Assembly: GCA_904063045.1 (NCBI GenBank)
Contig: CAJFCJ010000026.1
Coordinates: forward strand, 660,964-724,963
Length of the DNA: 64,000 nt
Direction of reading: 5' to 3'
Source of the DNA: Dimorphilus gyrociliatus
Lineage: Eukaryota; Animalia; Annelida
A program made the translations under genes and the position numbers. Below, piece after piece: positions 1 through 9,982 of this stretch; the stretch's first letter is position 1; every line of letters starts with the position of its first letter. Under the pieces are notes generated by a model. The model was not told the DNA's origin. It searched no databases and was given only the letters and a program-made list of their open reading frames with translations.

Positions 1-3000
1 ATTGAATGTGATGAATTCTTTAATCCGGAGCATAATGAATTAAAACCATCATTCATCATGAATTTATTACCATTTAGATTGAATACTTCAATAGAATTGC
101 AAGCCATTATCGGTAATCCTAAAAATTTAACATTTCCATTTGCTAAACAACAATCCTCTATTGTTATAGTTCGAAGAGTTTTTGAAGAAGAGTAGATAGC
201 GGCTGAGAGATAATTGAGAATTGAAGATACATCTATATCCTTAATTTGAATTGTTTCCAATTTATTACAATTTTTAAGCATTTCCCAACTCATCTTATCA
301 ATAGTCTGATATTGAAGATTATGTGAAAGATTTAAAAATCTAACACTTTGGCTAGATATTCTTAAAAGTTCTAGAATTCTATCCGTATACAAAACATTAA
401 CAATTCTAGGTAGATAAATTTGTAAATGCCCCATTTCGATTAGGTTCTTTTTAATGGCATCTTCTAAATTTTGAATATTATTAATATCCGAATCAATATT
501 TATACTTTTCTTATAGTTTTTATGTAAACTAGTTTGTATAGTTTTCATATTTAGTAGAAAATTTAAATGTTTGTTCTCATCTAGAATAATATCTATAATG
601 TTCAAAGATATTTTATTTTCTTGCATCTTATCAGTTTCGTATTTATGAAAATTTTTTGATGAAATATTTAAGAAACAATTCCAAAAGAAATTCTTATCAG
701 GATTTTCAATAATACAATTTTCCAAATAGACATTTTTCAATTTATTATCATTTCTCTTCTGTAAAATAACTTTAAAGAATCTATTACATACATCCATTCC
801 TAATAAGTTATTAGTAATCGTAAGCGTTTCAATGTTATTCAACTTTGCTAAATAATCTAAAAACCAATTACTAATACAATTCGGATAGTTTCCTAAATAT
901 CCTGGATCAACGTTTACTTGTATTAGATTACATCCGGTTATTAAATCTTTGGTAACGATACAGCTTTGAATAAATATGTAATTTTCTTGTTCTATTCTAT
1001 TATTTTTCATCTTTTCAATAAGATTATCCTCTTTTTTTGTTATTTTCTTAAATTTCTCTAATAGTATTCGATCAAAGAAGTTTTGTAGATTTTTTCCATT
1101 ATCATCGTCATCATCATCATTATTAATTAAATCGTTACAATACATTGTATCACTTAGAAAGAGTGTCTGTAATCTTGAGAAATGATCGAAGAGTATCTCC
1201 AATATTACTTGTACTTTTAATATTAATCTTATATCGTTACATCTATCGAAATCGTAGAGTAGATGATTATTTTTTTTCAAAAATATGGAAAAACATTGAC
1301 AGGGATCACTTCTAGGAATATAGAGATATTCCAGTGATTTACAGCATAGAATTATTGAGAAAAGGGAATATAATGCTTTATCCGTTAGAGTACATTCAAA
1401 AATAATAATCTCTCTTAAATTCTCAGAACAAGACTTTAACGATGAAATAAATTCAAAAATTTCAATTCTTTCAGTATTTAAACTGAATTTAACAATTTCT
1501 AAACTTTTACATTCTTGTATTAGACAACCTAGATGATTATCATCCGATTCTGTTAGGTAAAAATTCGACAATTCAATACTTTTAAGATAATCTGCTGATT
1601 TCTTTAAAGCGATACAAATCTTTTGAAATTCAGTCTTTGATATTCCATTACCTTCTATATCAATATATTTAATATTTGGACAATTATCAATAAAATTCAC
1701 AAATAAAGATGTTCGCTTTTCTTCTTTTAGAAACTTTTTTCCAACTTTTATATCAGTTATTTTTAATTTTGAATGATTTAGTAAAATGAATAAATCATTA
1801 TAATCATCTTGTTCATCATCGATTGAAGATAGATTAACGGATGTAATGTTTGTACAATGTTCCAGGCATTTATTAATATCTATTGCAGTTTTCTTCATAC
1901 ACTTGAAGATTAGTGAGGATAAATGAGTAAATATAATATAGTTTTGTCTAACAGCCTCTAAAAATGCAGTTAATCCTTTTGAATCGAATATAATCTTCAC
2001 ATCTGAATCGTCAAACTTTTCATTATAAAACCACCAACTATCGTTAGGATTAAGCAAATAGATTAAACTATTATCAATATTGTTAATATGCAAATTAACA
2101 ATATTCTTATCATTTTTACACTGCATATTTGTTTGTAATTCATTCGTATGTTTGTCTTCCAATAGAGGATTAACGTATTTACTACAATCGTAGAACAGTT
2201 GTTGATTGGGTTTGTCGATTGTACAATTTCGAAATGATAATAATTTTATAGCTTTTCTTTCTTTTTTAAAATTGAAAAAACGAAAGAAAATGAATATATC
2301 AATCCTCTTATTCTCAATAATTAATGAGGTTAATGAATTACTTTTCCTTAGGAAGGTAAAGAAACTATTCATCTCCTTTTTGTTATAGCAATAGTTGACT
2401 CTATCAATAATACATTTCAATGATTTTGAACCGAAAATCACTTCAAAAAGATATTCCTTTGAATACTTTCCATTCGATATAATTAACTTTTCAATAACAG
2501 ACGGTTTTAATGGTTTCTTACTACGTTTAATAAGGAATCTATTCTTTCCTAGATTCAATTGTTTAAGTTGCGTAGATGCTATCATCTTTAGAACAGTTTC
2601 CAGAAAGGAACATTCGTAAATTGAAAATTGAGGGTAGACGTTAATATTAATACAAATCAGATTTAAAGCGTATTTCGATAACAATTCAAATAAAACCATG
2701 TAATCGATTTTCGTATCAAATATATCCAATATCTCCAAGTTTCTGACGGTTCTTTCGATTAGATAAGCCAATTTTGGATTACTTATCTCTTCATTCTCCA
2801 ATCTTAATCCTGTACTAGGAGTAATCTTTTTCTCCAATAGCATTCTTATATTTTTACTAAAATTATAATGTTCCAATAATATTTTAGATTTATTGCTAAT
2901 CTTTCTAAAAAGTAACGTTGAATATCCTTTTATAAAATCCATTGTATGATAAAAATGATTTTCATCTCTCTGCGACAGCTCTTCTAAAAGTCTTATCTTT

Positions 3001-4382
3001 ATCCCTCCTTTATAACCTTTAAAAATAGATTCCTTCATATTATACATCATTTTAATGATGTATTTTGCTGCAAAAAATTCTAAAAAACTCGAATGAATAA
3101 ATTCAAATTCATTAGTAGTTGGCGTAGGTGATGATATATGTACTAAACCTTTCAAATCAGCTTCAATATCATCGATTTCTTCCTTTTTTAAGTAAATAGT
3201 CTCATTTTTCAATAATTTCTGAAAGCATATTTTTGAAAATTTTTTTAAAGAAATATATTTCTGCTCTCTCCGATAATTATTTCTCTCTATGATAATGTTA
3301 ACGATATTATCATAGATACAAAATAAATTTGGTAGAGACTCTTCTGTTTCTCTCCATATTGAAAATATTAACGTAGCCATCAATGGAATTTTACAGAGAT
3401 CTGCAACGCATTTATCAGACCGCGCCATATTGTTTTCGAAGTTTTGATAAATTCTTGTATCATTGCGACAGAGATCCAGAAAAAATATCTTCATTTGTTG
3501 ACTATTTAATCCAATTAATTCAAAGCAAATATCGCAAGAACGCATAATTTGAGCAGCTTTCCGTTTCCTACTCCATATTACCGTGCGAACAGGGCATCTA
3601 TTTTCTATTAATTCATTAAACTGATGCCCATTTAGATCGAATTCATCCGCTCCATCCAGCAACAATATTACATTTTTACTCCTCTCTTGGAACAATAATT
3701 GAATAATATCTCTTGTTACGTATGGAATTTTAATATTCTTAAAATTTTGGCGTACAATTTCATCGTACATATCATTATCTTTATTTACTTTACTCAAAAC
3801 AACATGTAGTAACAATATACTTTCGTTTTCTATCCATTTATCCTGCATCCACGAGTTTATCAACTGTTTCGTATGAACAGTCTTTCCAATTCCCGCATTT
3901 CCTTGTATTAAAATCTTATTACAATTTGTGTGAAATATATGATGAAAATTATCATAATTAATATTATCCACTTGAAATTTTTCATCTTGAAGCCACGATA
4001 TTTTTAAAGAATTAGTAAAATTGTAGAACATCCCATTTATCGCTCTTGTTCTAAATTCCAGTTCACTTCTAGTAATGAATTCTTGATACCTACCTTCCTT
4101 TGACGATTGTACCATTTTATTCCATATATTATCGTAATCATTAAGAATTTTCGAGAGGACTTTTGCTGTTGGATCTTTTAAATTTTTGAATAAATATACA
4201 AGAGTATCTAATGGAAGTTGACTTAATGTTTCCATTAAACATTCTGTAGAATCATAAGATTTAGAATTAAATCCATAATAGATTAAAAGCTCTTTGAGTT
4301 GATTACGAAGGCTACGTTTATTAAGAATTTCCTGTATATGTTCATCGTGAAAATTAAAAGAGAGAAGTTGTTTTGAATTCAT
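1..4382 (-). CDS. NLR-like protein 1 (death-fold-like N-terminus, NACHT, LRRs); 3' end runs off the window
   Basis: ATG at 4382 (MNSKQLLSF). Walker A GNAGIGKT 3879-3902, Walker B LLLDGADEF ~3642-3665, LCKIPL, FIHSSFLEFFAA. At base 1 the same frame reads LRR text GFNSLCSGLKNSSHS. Absence from the ORF track fits an ORF with no stop inside the window. Confidence 0.9.
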   Translation of the reverse strand, partial: MNSKQLLSFNFHDEHIQEILNKRSLRNQLKELLIYYGFNSKSYDSTECLMETLSQLPLDTLVYLFKNLKDPTAKVLSKILNDYDNIWNKMVQSSKEGRYQEFITRSELEFRTRAINGMFYNFTNSLKISWLQDEKFQVDNINYDNFHHIFHTNCNKILIQGNAGIGKTVHTKQLINSWMQDKWIENESILLLHVVLSKVNKDNDMYDEIVRQNFKNIKIPYVTRDIIQLLFQERSKNVILLLDGADEFDLNGHQFNELIENRCPVRTVIWSRKRKAAQIMRSCDICFELIGLNSQQMKIFFLDLCRNDTRIYQNFENNMARSDKCVADLCKIPLMATLIFSIWRETEESLPNLFCIYDNIVNIIIERNNYRREQKYISLKKFSKICFQKLLKNETIYLKKEEIDDIEADLKGLVHISSPTPTTNEFEFIHSSFLEFFAAKYIIKMMYNMKESIFKGYKGGIKIRLLEELSQRDENHFYHTMDFIKGYSTLLFRKISNKSKILLEHYNFSKNIRMLLEKKITPSTGLRLENEEISNPKLAYLIERTVRNLEILDIFDTKIDYMVLFELLSKYALNLICININVYPQFSIYECSFLETVLKMIASTQLKQLNLGKNRFLIKRSKKPLKPSVIEKLIISNGKYSKEYLFEVIFGSKSLKCIIDRVNYCYNKKEMNSFFTFLRKSNSLTSLIIENKRIDIFIFFRFFNFKKERKAIKLLSFRNCTIDKPNQQLFYDCSKYVNPLLEDKHTNELQTNMQCKNDKNIVNLHINNIDNSLIYLLNPNDSWWFYNEKFDDSDVKIIFDSKGLTAFLEAVRQNYIIFTHLSSLIFKCMKKTAIDINKCLEHCTNITSVNLSSIDDEQDDYNDLFILLNHSKLKITDIKVGKKFLKEEKRTSLFVNFIDNCPNIKYIDIEGNGISKTEFQKICIALKKSADYLKSIELSNFYLTESDDNHLGCLIQECKSLEIVKFSLNTERIEIFEFISSLKSCSENLREIIIFECTLTDKALYSLFSIILCCKSLEYLYIPRSDPCQCFSIFLKKNNHLLYDFDRCNDIRLILKVQVILEILFDHFSRLQTLFLSDTMYCNDLINNDDDDDDNGKNLQNFFDRILLEKFKKITKKEDNLIEKMKNNRIEQENYIFIQSCIVTKDLITGCNLIQVNVDPGYLGNYPNCISNWFLDYLAKLNNIETLTITNNLLGMDVCNRFFKVILQKRNDNKLKNVYLENCIIENPDKNFFWNCFLNISSKNFHKYETDKMQENKISLNIIDIILDENKHLNFLLNMKTIQTSLHKNYKKSINIDSDINNIQNLEDAIKKNLIEMGHLQIYLPRIVNVLYTDRILELLRISSQSVRFLNLSHNLQYQTIDKMSWEMLKNCNKLETIQIKDIDVSSILNYLSAAIYSSSKTLRTITIEDCCLANGNVKFLGLPIMACNSIEVFNLNGNKFMMNDGFNSLCSGLKNSSHS

Positions 4383-4659
4383 TATAATACTGCTTAAACA
4401 CGTAGATAAAATTTTAATATGGCGGCGCCTCTATCAATTCATAAACACACAATGGAATGGTTTTATAAGTGGTTAAAAATTATAATTGTTGTCTAAGATA
4501 CGCCATTATTATTAATTTTTATGTTCTATAAAAATGGATTAAATTAAGATATAATATTTAATTTAACTATATTTAATGTTGAAAAAAAGAAGAACGATGA
4601 ATAGATTCTATCGAATCTACAATTGGAATCGAAAAAATTTTTATTGAAAATTTACAATT
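4383..4659. promoter_or_regulatory. Putative bidirectional promoter between divergent NLR genes
   Basis: 277-bp AT-rich gap between two ATGs on opposite strands. Contains a YY1-consensus match (AATATGGCGG 4416-4425 = CCGCCATATT) and a short inverted repeat TAGATTC-tatc-GAATCTA near 4603-4620. Confidence 0.45.
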
Positions 4660-7600
4660 ATGCATGCAATTTTGCAGTTAGTGAAAGAGCAAGTGAGACG
4701 ATTAGTAAATTCAACTGCAAGGAATAGAGATGAGATCCTTCAACTACAACAAAATATGGGAGCGTGTGGTATGAATAAGCATTACGAGTCAGACAGATAT
4801 GTAGATCCAGAATTGATTATAAATAATCTAATGGATATGGATATTCAAAGTCTTATCCAGTTAATGGAAAAAACAGGGACTGTATCTTCACTTGCAATTG
4901 CTAGTACGCTAAGAACCACTCCAGCTATCCTTAAGGAAAAACTTAAAGAGAAATGTAAAAATAGCTTTCTTCAACAACGCTTCATCCCAGGAGATTCGGT
5001 AATTGAGATTGATATAGAGAAAGTCTATTGCCCTTTGATTTTGATTCAAAAAGAGAAAGATGTTATTGAGCAATATTTTAAAGACAAAATGCATTATGTT
5101 GATCTATTTCACGAAGACAAGAAGAGAACACTAATCAGTGGTTCAAGTGGCATTGGGAAGACTTGTCATTGGAGATATCTAATATATCGTCATGTCGTAG
5201 CACAAGATATTCTACAAGATTGTATTGTTTTACCTCTGGACTGTAATAGAATAAAGAAAAAGACTATTATCGATGAAATCTTATACCAAATTTACAGCGA
5301 AGAATCTCCTACTGAAGAAAGAATTTCGCTTATTAAATCATTCTTAGATCCGAAGTGTAACATATTTGGCAAAAAGTTTGTCATACTTCTAGATGGTGTC
5401 AATGGAACACTCGATAATAATCCGGAGCTTAGGGACCTTGTTTATAATAAGATTAGCTCAATTCCTTTAGTGGTATGGTGTAGAGATGATAAATCATTAG
5501 AAATTCGCCAGCATTACAATATTGAACTACAAATTCAAGGATTCGACGAATCAAGTATACTACTCTATCTTGAAAATTTCTTCAAATATCAAGGCCGCTC
5601 TTACGATGGAAAATGTTCGGCTGACCTTGCTAGACAACTGTTTGAAAAGTTGAAGGAACCGTTCTATTATCCTATGAAACTATGCTATCATCCCTCAATT
5701 CTTCTCTCAATAGCACTACAACATAACGATCAAGTAAACATTGACTTTAGGAATGTCGGCAATGTATTAAAAAATTTGATTCAATTTTCAAGAAAGTGGA
5801 ATAATATTCCACCTTTGAGTGAAGATGAACTGGAAGAATTGATAATAAATTACAGTAAAGAAGTATTTCAAAAATCATTCGATAACAGGTGCTTTTTCGA
5901 AGTAATACAATCATCAGAATATTTCAATTGTAGCAAAGGGACAGCTTTATTTTGTGTCGTTGGTCGACGTTACAGCACAAGCAAAGAAGGAGTAATCTTG
6001 ACAAAACGATTTATTCATCTGATATTGAATGATATTCTCGAGGCCACATACATTGTATCACATATCAATTGCCTAGAGGTGAACGACTATTTTGCAAAGC
6101 AAAACATAAGAAAAAAGCTCAGAGTATTGGAATTTATAAAATTACTCGATAAAGATATTTATTCAGGAAAAGAGAAGACGTATGGAGATAAATTCAAGAT
6201 GATAAAAACAATAAGTGACTCTTTAAAAAATGCCCTTATGTATGGTCCTTCGTATGGAAAATTAAAATTAGTCAACGAATCACTATCTATAGAAATAATA
6301 GACATTTTATTACAAAGATACGGAATGTATATCAAAGAATTATGTTTGATTAATACTTTCCTAGATTTTACTAACTTTTGTGAAAAATCAAAAGACTATT
6401 TAAGGCTGAGTTTAACAAACTTTGAACTAGTCAATTGCCTAGAGGTTGTGAAAATATTGGATATTATAAAGTTTATTAACGATCATCCAAAGTTAAAATG
6501 CATACACTTAAAAAACCTTTCTTTCAAATTTGAAGATGGAACAAATTTTCAATCTTACAAAGGCGAAGTCAGCTGTTTGGCAATCATCTCAAGTAATATT
6601 ACTGATGAAGTTACTCTATTCTCTCAAAGCTTCTTTAGAGAATTAAAAAGACTTATCCTATCAAATGACAAATATTTAGGTAAGTAACATTTTGGATTAT
6701 TTTTTTATCATTTTTTTTTTAAATATTTCTGTTTTTTGTTCAAAAAGGTAAAGCACTATCAATTTTACATAACGGAAATACGTTCCATTGTCTAAAGCAT
6801 TTGAATATCTCAAATGGTTCATTACAAAAAGAAGACTTTCCAACGGTAAAGGATATGTGTAAAAAGTTACAGTTAAAATCCTTTAATTGCTCAAATAACA
6901 ATTTCAAAGGCTTAGATTCTAGTGAGATTGTGATGTGTTTAGAAAATAGTACTAGTTTAAATACCTTAGATATGAGCAATTGTAATATTAATATTAAAGA
7001 TGGAGATGGATTCCTTCATATGATACTAACTTTTAAAAAGTTACAAGTATTATATCTATTCGGTAACCTATATAGTCTAAATTTTGCTCACGCAGTATTG
7101 TCCAGTTTAAGTGAATTGGAAGAGGTAGGATTGGGAGGAGTTCAAAACTCTGACCATCTATTAAATGTTGTACCAAAATACAAAGAGAATCAAATGAGAA
7201 TATTCAAACTAACTGAATCAAAGTTGACATCCTATTACGCTCTACCATTTCTAGAATCTAATAAAAAGTCATTACAACAGTTAATTTACAATGACAGCTC
7301 TATGGATGCCATGGATCTTATGAAGACTATTAAAGATTTTGAGAATATATTTTATCTAAACTTAGATTATGTAAATCTAAAGTCAATAGAATTCGAAAAT
7401 CTGAATCTACTAAAATCAGGAAAGATTCGCAAGTTATCAATTCAATATTCTGACATACAACCTAGCCAAATTAAGAAATTAGCTGAAAATGCAAGTCTTA
7501 TCTCAGTGATAGAACACTTGTTTGTATCGGGCAATCAAATAGGTGATAAAGCTATGCTAAAACTTTTGCATGAATTATCAACTCACGCACAAAGCATAAC

Positions 7601-7775
7601 AACTATCTCCTGCAATGATACTTCAATAAGTACAAAAACGTTGCAAGATATGGAGGATAAATGGAGACACTTTAAATCTTTAGAGCATCTTCATATTAAA
7701 AATAGCTTTAACAAGACAGAAAGTGATATAAAAACGAAATTTTTCCGCGATGTAAAATTTACGATCAACGTGTAA
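4660..7775 (+). CDS. NLR-like protein 2 (NACHT + LRR), 2 exons: 4660-6679, 6748-7775
   Basis: Walker A GSSGIGKT, degenerate Walker B ILLDGVNG, LCYHP, RFIH. A phase-1 intron 6680-6747 (AG|gtaagt ... poly-T ... aaaag|GT) joins the 675-aa and 324-aa ORFs in frame. C-terminal LRRs (LNTLDMSNCNI, LQVLYLFGN, IEHLFVSGNQIGD). Confidence 0.88.
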
Positions 7776-8247
7776 GAAAATGCTACACTTACTATTTCAA
7801 AAACACTGTGTGAATCTATTAAGAGTGGTAATAGGGAATACAGGAAGTAAGCATCTCTCCAATCATATCGATATGAAGTACGAACATCTCAACATCTCAG
7901 TATTCAAAATGGCGTCGACAAGCTATTAAAAGTCAATTGAATAACCAATAAGACAAAAAGACCCTCTACTTAGAAAGATTAGGTAAGAAGTATAAATACG
8001 ATTTATGAATTAGTAAAAGGATTTTCGTAAAAAATTATTTTTTTTTATATAAAAGAACAAAAGAACAAAGGAACATAGAACAAAAGAAAAACTAATCAAT
8101 TAGAGAAACCATTATTGCCTTTCTCTTCTTACGATTACAATTAATAATTACAAACGCAAAAGATTAGGCCTAATAAAGCATTTAAAACTACGAAATATAT
8201 AATTATTTTAATTAGTGACTAGGATTTTGTTAAATTATTTCATCGAA

Positions 8248-9474
8248 TTATTTCATTTTAAAACATAAATCAAAGTTGTAACAATCGTCGGAACCAACAC
8301 GTTTCCCCCTAAGAAAATTATCAAGAGGGATAACCTTTCTAATATCCTTCCAAATGGTTGTTCGTTCAGTCTTTACTTGTATTGTTCTTACGTGACCATC
8401 TCGACTGCGTAGGTTAACTATCTTACCCAAAGACCAATTCTTTTCTTTGCTACTAATTTCATCTTCAAATAATACGATAGTTCCCAATTTTGGTAATCTT
8501 TCACCAGACCATGCCGAACGAATTTGAATGGAACCAATATATTCGTTTATCCTTTTTGCACGGACCTCTTCTTCGAGAAATTGAACAAAATTTTCAAATT
8601 TCATCTCTTTGGCTTGACTCTTCAAAATGGTTCTTCTATAGTTTAATGATTTCTTTAATGTTTCAGAGAATTTACGATCGATTATTAAACGCATAAAAGT
8701 CATTAGAGATTCCGTTGAAGGTGTATTATAGACGTTGTGCATAGAAAGTGTCTTCTTAGCGAAATTCTTCAATTTTGTTAATGTTTCAATGTTCTTCGTC
8801 ACAACAGGAAGGGTTGCAACTTCGTCAAAGAGATCTTCAACATTCTTCACTTTTCTACCAGCGTCACTTTCTAAACTTTCTAACGCTAAATCGTAGGCCT
8901 TGTGACCAAAATCCCGGCATGTCATTACAATTTCTTTCGCATCACCTGTACATGAATTCAAAAGATAATCATACCTGTCACGATCTTCTTGATTTTGAAG
9001 GACGTTATTCAAATGCCTAATGAAGCTGTCGTACTTGTCTGGATTACCGTCGTATTGCATTTCTCCACCATAAACTTTTGATAGTCGCCTCTTTACAGTA
9101 GAATGAGCTGGAGAACAACCACTACAGCCAGGAACTTTACTCAAAGATTGTTGAAGCATTCTCTCCAAGCGTTTCAGTGAATCTTTTATCTCTTTCAATT
9201 CATCCTCAACAGTTGAACGAATACTCGCTATTGCCCTCTCAGTTTGCTGCTCCCTTTCCAATAAATCTTCAACTGCTTTCTTTACTCTAATTTCTCCCAG
9301 CTGCTCAATTTGCTTTAAATTCGCTTGGAAACTATCGAAAATTGTCATCATCCCGCTTATTCGTTCCTCAACGGACCCTTGCGAATCCTCCAATTCGAAA
9401 TTGATACCGTCGTCCTGATCTTCACAAGATGAAACGGGACTATTCATAGTGTCCAAGCTACTCCTTCCAATCAT
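8248..9474 (-). mobile_element. Internally deleted BEL/Pao element: intact 408-aa ORF fusing Gag (coiled coil + DUF1759-like capsid) to the integrase C-terminal DUF5641-like tail
   Basis: YDGNPDKYDSF...RYDYLLNSCTGDAKEIV is Pao Gag-like. RINEYIGSIQIRSAW...PKLGTIVLFED...WSLGKIV...DGHVRTIQVKT is DUF5641-like. Polypurine tract AGGGGGAAAC followed by TGTT at 8299 on the minus strand. Confidence 0.82.
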
Positions 9475-9982
9475 ATTACCGTATTGTTGTTCACCGTCGA
9501 CTATGATGGGGAAGATACTAGTAGACTATCGGCTGTTTCTTTTGTATTTAAAGTCAAACGGACTTTTCAATAGCCAATAGTCGTTTACCTACCTGTCAGA
9601 AAGCCTTTTTTCTTCTCTTGACATCATTTACAGCTGGCCCTATCTTCAAGACACTATTATGTAATCTTTTATAATCCGTGTTTCTTTAACATTGACACCT
9701 GCCTCTTTTAAAATACTTGTAAGAGGTTTGCGCGTCTACTTGAAATCTTTTTCTTTTTATTTACTATAGGAATTTACAACCCCCGTCTTTGACACTCTTA
9801 ACAATGTTCGGCTGTTCTATAAAGTTCCTTTGATAATGAACTTTCACTTGTATGATCAAGATCAAGATGTATCTAATCGACTCGTCTTCCTATGCCTATA
9901 AAGAATATTATTTTATATAGGTCAAAATGAATATGCATAAGAATATAATGTATTCATAAATTAATTAGATCCAATTTTTTCA

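Noticed and set aside
7800-9980. LTR pair around the gag mini-element
   Set aside because: The sequence after the PPT (TGTTGGTTCCGACG) has no counterpart upstream of the ORF; a second GGGGGT-TGT near 9780 does not match it.
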